Source of the DNA: Selaginella moellendorffii
Taxonomy: Eukaryota; Plantae; Lycopodiophyta
DNA: 64,000 nt
Reading direction: 5' to 3'
Assembly: GCF_000143415.4 (NCBI RefSeq)
Contig: NW_003314262.1
Location: 596,078-660,077 of the forward strand
The notes under the pieces are model-generated. The model made no database searches, was not told the DNA's origin, and saw only the letters and a list, made by a program, of their open reading frames with translations. Position numbers and translations under genes: made by a program. Numbering within the stretch: position 1 is the stretch's first letter; every line of letters starts with the position of its first letter. This document shows positions 1 to 13,120 of this stretch, piece after piece.

Positions 1-208
1 AGAGTTCCGTGTTTGAGGACATTCGCAACTCGCAGCGAGCTTTCAAGGTCTGGAAGAAGTTCGCGCTAAGCAAAACAAACGGTGTCTGCTGAGACTGGTG
101 ACTCTCGAAGTGCACATCCTATATATTTAAACCTGTGGCAAAGAAACCATTGATTGGTATTGAATCAACTATATAGATATAAACACGCACCTGATGGAGG
201 ATGGTCTC

Positions 209-2019
209 TCAGCTCCAATTCTTCTGAGGCTTGTGAAATGGACTTCTTTCCATACTGGTGCGTAGCGGACTATGTTGTGGACTGTGTAGAGGCTTCTGAG
301 CGGGAGAGTGTTTCATCGGACTTGGCAAGGGACTGTGGCGAGTCTCGAACGCAAAAGCCTTCGGGGTGCTTGCCTGAGAGACGGTTGCCTGATACTCCTT
401 TCGTATGTTCCAGAGGATTTCCGCAGCTTCTTTCATACTTGGTCTGTCTCTCCTGCTAGGTGCTGCGCATTTGAAGGCCAGCTCCGCGAGCATCTCCAGT
501 AGAGTCACCAATGGTGGATTCTTCGGAAGGGCAGGGTCCAAAACATCCTGAATATTTCCCTCGACAAACTTCTTGAAGGCCTGTAAGCAAAACTTAAAAT
601 CCAATCATGACCAATCCCGCGTCATTTGCTTACCCATCTAATTGTAATGCGCTCGTCACTTGGTCTGGAAAGCTCGATTGGTCTCCTTGCCGAAAAAATC
701 TCCATGAGCAAAATGCCAAACGAGTAGACGTCACTTTTCGTTGTGAGCTGATATGTTTGAAGGTATTCGGGGTCCAAGTAACCCGCCGTGCCTTTGACCT
801 GTGTTGAGACATGAGTTGCTCCCACATCCGAAGGCCCGACTCTCGAAAATCCAAAATCCGCAACCTTGGCTCTGCAGGTGTCCGTGAGCAGGATGTTAGA
901 CGACTTGACGTCCCTGTGGATGATAGGCTGCTCTGAAACAAGGACACAAAGAGTCATTACAATTGGCAATAAGGGAGTTGAAGAAAGAGATCTTTGAGAC
1001 AAATGGTACCTGCATACTGGTGAAGGTACGTGAGAGCGTGAGCTACGTCGATGGCAATATCCAGCCTCGTCGAGAAATCAAGAATGTTATGAGCATCTTA
1101 AAACCCGAAAAACGTAAGTTCGTGTTTAAACATGAAAACAGGGCTTACCATCGAGGTGCTGGCGTAAATTTCGATTCGGAACGTACTCAACAACAAGTAT
1201 GCGTTCCCGCTCGTCCTCATGATAACCAACGAGTTTCACGAGATTTAAGTGTTCAATGCTGGACAGCATGTTAACCTCGTTTTCAAACTCCTTGGTGTGA
1301 CGAGTCTCAAAGGAGTCCTGAAGTGGCAGAGAATTATATTTGTGAAAATGAATTGGAAATTCTTACCCTTTTTGCTCGCTTGACCGCAACCAAAGTGCCA
1401 TCCCTGAGCTTTCCTTTGTAGATTGTTCCAGAGGAGCCACCTCCAATCTTATGACTGGATGAAAAGCTTCCCGTGATTCGGTTAAGTTCGGCCATTGTGA
1501 ACGTCAATGCCCCCGACCCTGTCGTGCTCATTTTAATGCAAGACGACGCCGGTTGCGAAGATAAAGAAGTTCCCTCCTTTGGAGAAGAAGATTTAGAAAT
1601 GTTCGCTGCAAGAAAAACCAAAATCGAGTAAAAAACATTCGAATTTTTTTCCAAGCTTACATGATTCATCCTTTGGAAAGGTACGAGGCTTGTCGTTCTT
1701 GTGCTTGGCTTGAAGACACGGGCACAGGACCAAGCAAGTCAGAAGAGTACCAGATCCAGCGACTAAGATCATCGAGCCAGCACCTCCTCCTACTTTGGCT
1801 TGCTCAAATCTACCAAACTTCCGACCATAGCCTTCCACTGTTGTAAAAGACTTGGTCAGAAAGTTCTATACGCCAAAAAATTAGTACTCGTTGCAAATCA
1901 CCTTGTCGCTGCTGGAAATCCAAACCATCTGATTCCTGGCAGTGTACGCGCCCGATCCCCAGAAGAAAAACCAGTAGAACGATACCTTCGATCGATATTT
2001 GATCCAGGAACACCGCCAT
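209..2019 (-). CDS. Receptor-like Ser/Thr kinase (CRCK/RLCK-IV-like kinase domain) with N-terminal signal peptide and TM segment; ~7 exons
   Basis: Spliced motifs [50 protein letters not shown]. Exon 1 [27 protein letters not shown] is signal-like; exon 2 has a hydrophobic [16 protein letters not shown] stretch. GT-AG introns. Confidence 0.85.
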
Positions 2020-2274
2020 TTCTTACCGCGTCAAGCTCCCATACAAGCGATTTTCCTGCGCGCGCATTGCAATGGAGTAGCAAAAATTTCGATCAAGTAC
2101 CTCGAGCTGGAGCCGCGATGCCGCTACTACCGCCTTCCTTGACCAGCTCACGAAGAACCCTAAAGGGAAAGCGCTGGGCATTGTGAGTGGACAGAAACGT
2201 ACATAATCGCCACGCTACTTTAAAAACTAATTGTACAACGTGGCACAATTCATTTCTGCCACGTGTACATCAGG

Positions 2275-2736
2275 ATGAGCGCTACTCTTCGTGGCTATGG
2301 CGCTTGTGGCGCGTCCCATGGGGAATTTAGGTCATCGCTCTCGCGGAAGAGCGACAGCGCGAGCGCTAGATTTCTCTACAGCTCTTTCATCAGAGGAGGA
2401 AGGATTAAGTCGGCGAAATCCTCGACGCTAGGTCTAGCTTGTTCTTCCCAGAAAAGATCGCTGTACGAGATTCTAGGAATTGGGTTGGAGGCGTCGGATT
2501 TCGAGATCAAGGAGGCCTACCGGAGGCTCGCCAAGGTCTATCATCCAGATCTGGCACCGCCAGAGCTCTGGCCGCAGCACCAAGGCAAATTTCTCGAGGT
2601 CCAGAGAGCCTACGATGTTCTCAAGGATCGAGCTGCCAGGACCGAGTATGATTCTCAGATGCAAAAGCCTGGGGGATTGGAGGGGCTCGATCGCGAGTGG
2701 AGGGGATTTAACTGGGAGACCGATCAGTGCTGGTAG
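2275..2736 (+). CDS. Chloroplast DnaJ11-type small J-domain protein, intronless
   Basis: Ser/Arg-rich transit-like N-terminus, SLYEILG...EIKEAYRRLAKVYHPD J-domain, C-terminal WETDQCW motif of plant DnaJ11-like proteins. Confidence 0.92.
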   Translation: MSATLRGYGACGASHGEFRSSLSRKSDSASARFLYSSFIRGGRIKSAKSSTLGLACSSQKRSLYEILGIGLEASDFEIKEAYRRLAKVYHPDLAPPELWPQHQGKFLEVQRAYDVLKDRAARTEYDSQMQKPGGLEGLDREWRGFNWETDQCW

Positions 2737-2831
2737 AAAACAGGATCTAGAGATGCTAGAGTTGAGAGTACCTTGTTCGTGCTACAAAAATCTTCTCCTC
2801 CCGGGGTCACCCAAGAAAAAGGAAAACTTCG

Positions 2832-5800
2832 CTAGAGTTGCTGCCTCCTCTTCGACAATAGCTTGCTCAACTTCGTTGCTGCTGATGTCAAGGATGCTTT
2901 CTTCGCGGATTTCTCGTCCTCTAGAATCGCCCGGTGGCTCAATCTAATTTGCCCTCGCGAATTCACCTGGAAAAACACGGTTATGTTTTTAGAGAACCAG
3001 CCGAGAGGGGAAAGAGAAAAAATGCCATCTTTGTTACCTCGATCACTTTGACATCCAAGCGCTCACCCACAGCCACGAACTAGAGTGGAAAAAATAAACA
3101 AAGAACTTAGAACAGTAGGACGTGTGAAACTCTCGACTTACTTCCTCTGGCCTTGACAATCTGTTTGTAGTTAGCTCACTTATGTGACAAAGTCCCTGTA
3201 ACAACCAAGAAAGAAAAAGATCCGCGTGAATTTGCGTGATAACTCTCACCTCTCGACCAGGACTAATCTCCAAGAAACACCCAAACGATGTCAAAGATTT
3301 CACGGGGCAATTCCTACAGAGGGCAAAACAACTGTCAAGCATTGTGATGCACGCCAAAAAAGGTGCGCGTACCTATATACTGTTCCTACAGTAGGATCGG
3401 TCGTAATACTACGAATTTTCTCCATTGCTTTGTCAACCTTGTCTCGGTCTTTTCCAACTATGCGGATCTGTAGCCATACGACTTAGTCACGAGATTTTGT
3501 CGCGGCAAATGTACTGAAATTTACTGACCGAGCCGTCACTGCTGACATCTACTGATTCTACGCCCGAGTCGTCGATAATTTGCCTCACAGTTTTACCGCC
3601 GGTTCCTACAACCATGTTTACTTTCTCGCGACCAACCTGGAAACCAAAAGGCATCGATACGTTGTTCATAGAAGAATGAATAAAATCGCACCTTTACAAA
3701 GTCAATGAGGTCGACATGCTTAGAAAGCTTCGTCGATGGCGGAGGAGAGCACATTGTCATTTCCTCTACAAGAAAATGCGAGTCAGTGGCAGAAATTTTA
3801 TGAAAGAAAAACGAAGGTCTCACTGAGAATATGACATCTTGCAGTTTTAGCCTTTGAAAGGGCTCGCTTCAGGATTGACAAGTTGATTCCTTGGACCTGT
3901 TTAAGTTTTATTTCAGAATGTAAGAAAAGACAATATATCCATTGAATTGTTTTTCACCTTGAGGTCCATCTGAAACGCAGTGATGCCTTCCTTGCTACCT
4001 GCGACCTGATTCCCATAAAGGAATAAACTATTACCAACGAAAGTGAGGCAGCTTGCAAGCAAACCTTCAAGTCCATATCGCCACAGGCGTCCTCGGAGCC
4101 AAGAATGTCCGTCAGTATTACGGGTCCGCCGCTACCACCGTATTCTTTTGGATCCAAAATAAGGCCCATTGCAACACCGGCAATCGGACACTTGACTGGA
4201 ACCCCAGCGTCACACAAAGCAAGATAAGCTCCACACACAGATGCCATGCTGAAAACACAAAGTCGCGGATTATTATGGAACATTAAAGGAGACGAGAGAA
4301 CCTTGAGGAGCCATTGCTTTCGGTGATGGTACTCTCAACGCGGACTGTGTATGGAAATTTGCTCGGAAATATAGGCTCAAGGGACCTCTCGATAAGCCTT
4401 CCATGACCAATTTCTCGTCTGCTAGCAGGGCCGATGCGACCAACTTCCCCGACGCAGGAGTGAGGGAAAACGTACTGCATGCCATGATCTTTCAATGCTT
4501 CGTGTTTTTAAATTTTAAGCAGACTTCTACCTGCACGTAGAAGCGTTTCACTTCATCAGCATCAGTGACACCGTCAATGCGTTGCGCCATATTATCACCA
4601 CCCAGTATAACAGCTACTAAAGCCTACCGGATATGGCTCGTCAGCGTTTCACAAAAATGAAAAATCAGCAAATAGTAACCTGCGTTTCTCCACGAGTAAA
4701 AATCGCACTACCATGAGCTCGAGGAAGCAGATTACACGAACAACTGATGGGCCGAACATCTGATATTCCACGGCCGTCACTACGCACTTTCTCCTACACC
4801 GTCCATGATTTTCTCGTTAAGACTTTAAATGATCTTTACCTTGGCAATTATTGATTTCAAGGTCTTAGAAGTGTACTCTTTGAAGGCAAGCTTAACAGTG
4901 GCAGCATCAAAAAGCTAGATAAAAAGCACCACCTTATTAGCAGCTCAAGTAGATCTCGAGGTACCTTTGTGAAACTGGTTCTCGGAGTAGGCGTTATATG
5001 GACATCGCCTTGGTCAATTTCGCCATCTTTAATCTCATCCTCATCCCATACGTGCGCATACTCAAGCTGCTCTCTAGTCTTGGATAATGCCACGCCTTCC
5101 TCGGTCAGTTTTGACCATACTTTCTTTTCCAAAGCAGTTATCACTGCAGCGCGAGGCTGCTTGCCGCGTATATGAAGAGCCAGGTAAAGGTCATCTCCCA
5201 CGATTTCCTGCAAAGAAATAACTCGTGCGTGAGCAAACAACAAGGCGTAAATTCATTGTAAACCTTGATTCGTTCCTCTAGACCGGAAGTGGAAAACGGT
5301 GCCTTCAGAATGCGTTTTTTCCTTCCAAACTTCTCTCCAAACTCCTCCAGCTCCTTGCAAATTATCTTCACTGCACGCTGCAAAAATGTGCTACGAGTTA
5401 AGTGCCATATCCAAGATTTAAATGCTCCACCTGGCCTGTTTCTACTGCTTTCACCAATTCATCCTCGCTAAGTAAGTTGCAATATCCCTGATGAACAACA
5501 CGGTCATCAATGTCATTACAAAATTGTATACCTCGATCATGAGCAGACCATCGCTTGTCCCTGCCATTATCATATCAAGGCTTGATTTCGTAACCTCGCT
5601 AGCTGTCGGGTTGAGAACATATTTCCCATTGATGTAACCGACTCTTACTCCAGCCACAGGCTTCAAAACAGGAACATCTGAAAGTGCCCTGCAACGCACT
5701 AAGTTAGCAACAGCGCTGTCGCAAAAAAAAGTAGCTTACAGAGCGGCGCCTGCAGCAGTAATAGCCAGCGGTTCAGGCAAATGCGAACCATCATAGCTCA

Positions 5801-7027
5801 AAACCTACAAATGCAGCTGCAATGTATACGTAAATAAGGAACTCCGTTCTTTTCAGAAAAAATATTTACCCAAGAAAGCACTTGTATCTCATGAAAATAC
5901 CCTTTCGGTATCATCGGTCTTAAAGGCCGATCCACAAGTCTGGATATAAAAACCTGGCAACCACAAACTCATTACAACTATCCGCAACAGTATTTTTGCG
6001 CTTTTTACCTCGCTGTCTCGTGGCTTCCCTTCTCTCTTGTTAAATCCACCACTGAAATGACGAGTGGCAAAGTGATTATTTGTAATGCATAGGAAGCACA
6101 AACCTTGTGCGACCAGCAGCAGAGTAGCGCTCGTGATAATGCACGTACAGCGGAACAAAATCAGATGGCTCGCTCGCCTCAGCAGAAGTACAAACAGTCG
6201 TGTACAGGATCTGTTGAAAAGAAAGAACACGTCAGAGAGATGGCAAGACCAAAGAACAGCTTAAAACTCACAGTTTCTCCATCGCTGATTGTAACAGCAC
6301 CACCAGCTTGCCTACCTATCGAACCCGTTTCGAGAACAATCTACACGAGGACCAAAACGTACCACGAATGAGCAGAAAAACGAAAAATGCCAACGCTTAC
6401 CTGTCGATCACCAACTGGAATCCGAACGGAATGCTGCTGCCGGCAAGGACCAATGCAAAAATCACCCAACTCTGGCTGCAGCGCTGGCTCTGCAAAAGAG
6501 GTGGTACTATCGCTGTCCACCACGACCAAATTCTCCTTTGTAGCGCGAGCTTTCTTGATGGAAACCTTCTTCGGGCCAGCCTCTGGATCCCCAGAAGAAA
6601 TGGACGTGGTACTCTCACTGTCTAACACGACCATATCCTCATTTTTAGCACGAGCTTTCTTGATGGAAACTTTCTTGCCGTCAGTGATGGAAACTTTCTT
6701 CTCGCCATCTAACAAAGTCACTGTGTCCTTTCCCTCGGAGGCTGTTTTTAACTCGTTCGGCTCCAAAGGAACTACCTCCTCCTCGTAGGTCTCCTTCTCA
6801 GCCTCTTTTACTTCTCCGACAATCGCTACTTTCTTGCTCCTTTTCTTCACGGCAATCTCTAGTGATGCGGTCTCTTTCGCTTTCCTAGCCGCGGCTATGG
6901 GCTTGGATCGTGCTTCCGATTGAATCCACAAGCGCCTGGCGTCGACGCTACCCCGAAAGGAGTAAATGGGAGGCAATGCGGGTAATCCCAGTGGCGTGAT
7001 CAGCCGCGAAGACTTGCAAGGCCACAT
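2832..7027 (-). CDS. PNP1: Polyribonucleotide nucleotidyltransferase (PNPase), probably plastid; many short exons
   Basis: Exons encode [63 protein letters not shown] ([12 protein letters not shown]) and S1 (GLCHISEL) segments. Last exon [13 protein letters not shown] ends at TAG 2832-2834. Confidence 0.92.
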
Positions 7028-7119
7028 TGGCGCTGCTCCTGCCGTGAATCTCACTCACCTATCTCATCCTCGCGCGCGCCGCGCCGCCCCGGGCATTTCT
7101 CCGCCCTGGAAGAAGAGAA

Positions 7120-7140
7120 TCCCTAAACCCTAAACCCTAG
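7120..7140. promoter_or_regulatory. Telo-box (AAACCCTA repeats) upstream of PNPase
   Basis: atccctaaaccctaaaccctag ~100 nt upstream of the ATG. Similar boxes lie at ~28506 (EMB1703-like), ~31192 (PWWP) and ~41669 (NAT10). Confidence 0.55.
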
Positions 7141-7648
7141 AATGCGGGGATAAGATTAAATCCTCTTTGTGTGGCTCTGGCACGAGTGGATCAACTAACA
7201 AAGGACGCTTCTCTTTCACCTGAACAGCAACTGTCACGGAGATTGTTCTTTGTTTTTTCTCGCGAATTGGGCAGCGAATCCCCTGTTCTTGCGAGAGATT
7301 CCTGTGCGCGCTACCGTTACTTCTCTGGAAGAAATGGCGATGGACGACGCTGTGCATTGTGCTGCTCCAGATCTAGAAAACCAAAAAAGCCCTGTTCTTC
7401 TTCGCCCATTCAACTTTGTCTGCTAGAAGAGAAACGAAGAATGGAATAGAAAACATCCCCGCGCGTCTCGTTCTAGCCTCGAAACGTACCTCGCAACGAA
7501 TCACGGAAGAATCTCTTCCCTCTGCTGGCAGTACTGTATAAAAGGCCACACCTAGCTCGAAAACTTTCGACCTCCATTCGCGACTGTGACTACAAAAAGA
7601 AAGAGAGAAAAGAAATCGGCATCTTTCTCCCACTTCGATCTCGAACCG

Positions 7649-9198
7649 ATGTTCCGGTTCTTGATCGCGGCGCTGCTCGTCGCTGCTGCTACGGGAGCGC
7701 TCGAGAGCGAGAGAAGCGTTGTTCCAGCTCTCTTTGCGTTTGGGGACTCGCTGCTCGATGCCGGAAACAACGTCTACATAGCGAATTCCTCCGCGCGTGT
7801 CGATTTTCCTCCCTATGGAGAGACTTTCTTCCACAGGCCAACTGGAAGGTTTACAAATGGAAGAACCATCGCCGATTTTCTCGGTAAGTTTGCCAAATGT
7901 TGTTCTTTCCCCTTTTTCGTTTTCCAAGTTGCATGCGCAAAGACCGATTGATGTTCTAACTGAAGTTTGCAACTTCAGCTATGCATCTCGGACTACCATT
8001 GCTTCGACCTTCGCTTGATCCGGCTGCGAACTTTTCCAAAGGAGCTAACTTCGCATCTGGAGGGAGTGGATTGCTCGAGTCGACGAGCTTTGATGCTGTA
8101 AGTTCACACCAAAATTCTCTTTTTCATTTCCTTGTTGTTGCAAAAGCTCCATTTTTTCATCGATCCTGAAATCAAGTTCCTCACTTACAAAACGCTCTTT
8201 TTTCCTTTTCCCAGTGCAAGATCATTTGATGTCATATTGTTCCAGAGCTAAAAATCGTCTTTTTTTTTCTTTTCCTTTATCTCTACAGGGTGTTTTCTCG
8301 ATGAGCAGCCAGATCAAACAATTTAGCCAAGTTGCTTCCAAACTGACCAAGGAAATGGGGAATGCCGCTCATGCAAAACAATTCCTTTCCCAAGCTCTCT
8401 ACATCATCACAAGCGGCAGCAACGATATCGGAATCACCTATCTTGAAAACACAACTCTCCAGCAGACTGTAAAGCCACAGGAATTCGTCCAGGGCCTCAT
8501 TCATGAATATAACAAAACCATCCTGGTAAGGAAGAAACCTTGATCTTTTTCTCCAAGAACAAGAAAACAATGTTTTGGCGACAGGCTCTTCACAGACTCG
8601 GTGCGAGGAAAATGGCGATTTTCGAGCTGGGAGTTCTTGGCTGCACGCCATTCTCTCGGCTCGTCGCGAGCACCATGAACGAGACTGGCTGCCTCACACA
8701 AGCCAATCAGATGGGCGTGCTCTTCAATGCAAATCTCGAGCAGCTTGTTCGTGATTTGCGATCCCAGCTTCCGGATATGAAGATCGCTCTCGGCAAAACG
8801 CTCAACATCTTCACTGGGATCCTCAACAACGCAACACATTATGGTAAGTTACGTAGCCACCATCTTCACTTTTCTTTTTTCTTTTTTTTTCTTTTTTTGC
8901 CCTTTTGGAATTAATTAATTGTTATATGTTTCATCATTTCCCGGCAGGTTTTGCGAGCACGACATCTGCTTGCTGTGGAGCGGGGCCTTTTAATGCAGGT
9001 GTCAGCTGTGGGAGAAAAGCTCCACCAAACTATCCATACAAGGTGGCCACCGGAAAGAAACCGTCTAGATTTCTCTTCTGGGACAGAGTACACCCCACCG
9101 AGGTTGCTTACTCTCTCGTCTTCAAGCAGCTGTGGGGTGGAGATTTGGGAGCTATAGAGCCCTTCAATCTCAAGCAATTGTCCACCATGATAGATTGA
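7649..9198 (+). CDS. GDSL esterase/lipase, 5 exons
   Basis: Signal peptide, FAFGDSLLDAGNN, PTGRFTNG, GANFASGGSG, GSND, FWDRVHPTE. Exons ~7649-7883, 7979-8097, 8289-8525, 8585-8843, 8948-9198. Confidence 0.95.
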
Positions 9199-12100
9199 CA
9201 GCTTATTTTTTTCCTAAGGAATGTACTGCGTATTCCTTATATAGATGTCTAATTAAATTTTACTTGTGTTTTCCTCCCTTAATTTCAAATTAACCATAAA
9301 TAATTATTAACAAAAATAAATTAGTAACTTAAAGTTATCAATTTATTAATAAATAGTTAGAAATATTCCAATAAAATGATAAATAGTCAAGCACAATTTA
9401 TACACTGGAGGACTTGCCAGGTTTGTATTGTCTCTTGAATTTGAGTGTTTGTATTGCCAATTGGTTAGCTTTTATCAAGTATCCTTTCATTTATAGTCAA
9501 CTATTTTATTTTAAAACTTTAGGATGTATATGTTGGATCTTAGGATTGAAGATAATAGAGATTTGAAAGAAATTAGCAAAAGAGTCAACCATAAAAAAGA
9601 GGGCAATAACAGGGAAGTTAGGCTAAGTTTCATCCTGTTCTTGGAAAGAATAACAGTGTTTAAAAGTCCTAGTGAGTAAAGAGGAGAGAGATTGTGAATT
9701 TTAGAGTGTTTTGGAAAGCTTTGATTGTAACTTATAGTTAGTCACTAACAACAAAGCATCCTTAAGCAGTTTTGTAAAGTAATCTTTATTTGCTTTTCTT
9801 ACAACTTACTATATTCTCTCTTGATCTCCTAGCATTGATTCTGTTGGATTGAAACAGCCACAAGATAATTATAAACCCAATTGGATTTTGCAAGTTAGAA
9901 ACAGAGTGTCACCTTTTCTTGGTTGGGTAAGTTTTTAGTGAACAAGGTTTCTTGAATCCTCGTGTAAGGAGACTCTTGGATGGGAACTACATGTACATCT
10001 ACCACATTAGGTCCTCATATCTTTGTCTGGAAGCCTTATTCACTTTATGCTTTTGCATTATTAATAGGGCTCACTACCTAGGCAAGAATATTCAGTGGAG
10101 TTTGATTGTAACCTCCATCCTAGGCAGAGGGTACCAAGAAATTAATTGTAGCTAAATATTTTAAATTTTATTTTCTTATAAAGATGGGATATATTGACTA
10201 GAATTTATTCCACTATAGACTTATACTCAAATAAATTGAATGTGGTGCAAGTTTATAGTTGTACACTTTCTTGTTACCTAGAATCACCAACAAAGTTCAT
10301 CTCCTCCTTAATACCGCCAAACACTGAATCTAAAACAGTTAATACATGTACTAGAAGCATAAGTCATATAAGTCATATGTGATTTCACAAAATTTATATG
10401 TGGGGTTTCAGGATTTATAGTTGTATTGGTGGAGTGAGCCATTATATTTGTATTGCAACAATGAACTTTTGAACTGGATAAAGTAGTTAAAACTAATGTG
10501 GTAAAATAATTGTGTTATGTCCCAGTTATTTTAAAACCCAATAAAAATAAGATCATTTAATAATTAGTTGCAAAGATAAAATTCCATTACTATGAAGTGG
10601 GATGGTGTTTACACAATTTGGCAACTGGTTTTGATTTTTCTCTCTTTATAACTCCTAATTATATATGTAGGTAAATTCCAAAAATGCTTGCTGAGAAAGT
10701 TGCTAAAATTTATTAGAAATAGAGATCATTGTGGGTTCCTATTTTTTAAAAACATGGCAAATCATCATCACATTTTCTGAGGTATAGATGGCCTAAATAT
10801 ATTATTTATCTCCCACTATAAATATAACCAACTAGAAATTTTTAAAATGGTTAAATCAGTCTATAATATTTTTATAGTTACAAATAACTGACTTCCACAA
10901 ATTATTAAATAAATAAGTGTTCAAATTTTAGCCTCCTATTAAACCAACTATAATTATGTGAAGGGCAAACATCCATGAAGGACTACTATTTGAAATGGTA
11001 AATTATCTATTTTAGTTGATTTTTATAATATCCAGATGGATTAAGAAAATAGCTTAGATTATTTTTAATAAAACTATTCTTAATTTTAAAAACATATTTA
11101 AAATATAAAGTTATAATAATTTATACTATTGAAAAAACTATAAATTATTAATTAATCATTAGGAAGAATATAGTATCATATATGCTCTTAAAAAATACTT
11201 ATAAAGTATTGAAGAGAATGTGTGAAATGGATAATCCCTTGTATTTTTCCAATGTTTGATGTTAATACCATTTTCTTTATCTCATTAGGACAAATTTGGA
11301 TTAAATTGCAAAGATCAAATCTATTGACCAATTGTTTCTAGTTATTAAACAAGAATTTCAAAGTTATAGAATAAAAGAAACCACCTCCAATATTATACAA
11401 TTGCTTTTCTTGAACTAGATGGAAATAGCTGGAGTTGTAGAAATAAGATTTAAAGTTCTTTTAAACATTCCTTAATGTTTTTAGGAAACATTTCAGTCTA
11501 AAATTAATTCTTAATTAATTGCATAGTGGCAAAATCAACACCATTAATTTATAAATAATATCATGACCCAACACTCATGCCTAGGAGGGGCTAAATCCCC
11601 TCCAAAAAGGTGAGTTAATATATGTACCAAATTAACAAGTTTATATTATACTATACAAAAGACTAACATACTGAATGCATTTCAATTATAATCTATATCT
11701 ACCCTTTTTAAACATGTTCTATTTCATGAATTGTTTTTAATATAAGTTTTAAAGTTTCATTCAAAAAATGAAGAAAATTATAGTTTTCTTTCTAAATTAA
11801 ATATAATAGAAGAAAATATAGAAAATGGAAAAATAACTAAATTTTAAATTAAATTTATTGAAAATTTATTTTAATTGATCATTGGTGATTAAATTAAATT
11901 CTGATTGATATAGAAGAAATAAATTTTTTTAAGTAAACAATTAACCCATATACAAAGTTTAATGTAATATTGGCTAGTTTTTTAAAACAATAAAAATTAA
12001 GAAACAAATTCTATCCTAATTAACATTTTGAACAAGTATTTATATTTAAAGTTTATAAAGTATTGCATATTAGAAACTAGATTTTAATAGATAGTTACAT

Positions 12101-13029
12101 TTAAAAATTGGGCAATAAAATTATTTAGATCTATGTTAAATATTTGTTGTGACTTTTGTTTTCACTTTTTTATAGAATAGAGGTGTTTGGTAAAAATACA
12201 TATTAGTTCTTAAAATATTATTATAGTAATATGAGAATAAAAATAAATATAAAAATTACTCAAGTATTATATATATATAAAGCTCCCTAAAGTGTAAATA
12301 AATATACAAAATCTAAGATTGATTTTTATAATCAGATCAATAATGCAACCATGGCCAGGGACATTGCACCTGTGGCTACAAAACCCTTCTTATAGCCCAT
12401 TGCTATAGCTCTAGGTACACTACTATGGCTCTAATAGGCCCTTATCATGTATAACTCTTTGTTATCTCACCATTGCTACAAAACACAGCTGTAGAGAGCA
12501 AAGAAAATATCTATCACCTATCTCCCAAATAAGTATCCCTCATAAAAGAAAGAAAAATTTCTACCTTATATAATTCTCATACCCTATATAAATGTTATTT
12601 TTATACCCCTGAAATACATGCACGCTTTCCCAAGCCAATACAATGAAGTGACCTCTATGAATTTTAACTATACTAGCTAAGATTTGTGGTTTAAATCTTT
12701 TCTGCAAATACTGAAAGTGTCAATCATGTTAACCTCATATTGGTTTTGATATGAACCATTGGGTTTTAAGAGCTAATTTTATAAAAATATTTCTATTTTC
12801 CATTTCTATATTTTATGCATTCACATTAGTGGAGATGAAGGGTAGCTTTAATTGTCTCTAAGGAGTTTTTAAATTTATACTTTTGTTTAGATTTACCAAT
12901 TAAACTCAACTAATAGTACTATTCACAATGCATAATGCAACTCTTCTTACTCTTATTGTCAATCCATTCCATGGAACTGTAAGCTCACTCCCCGAGAGGT
13001 CACCTAACCTAATACAATTTAAAGCTAAA

Positions 13030-13120
13030 GACACTTAACCCCAAATATCTCAACACCCTTAGCCAATTGGAAAAAGGGGTGCACTTTTATTCATGAGTTC
13101 ATTCTCTCTATATTTGAACT
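13030..13120. repeat. Dispersed AT-rich repeat; reverse-complement copies at ~58775-58865 and ~59110-59180
   Basis: ttaaccccaaatatc...ccttagccaattggaaaaaggggtgcacttttattcatgag matches the reverse complement of ctcatgaataaaagtacatccctttttctaattagttaaggg...ttggggttaa. Confidence 0.65.

Noticed and set aside
9531-9856. Possible solo LTR (tgttggatc...gaaaca)
   Set aside because: No matching TSD and no second copy in the window
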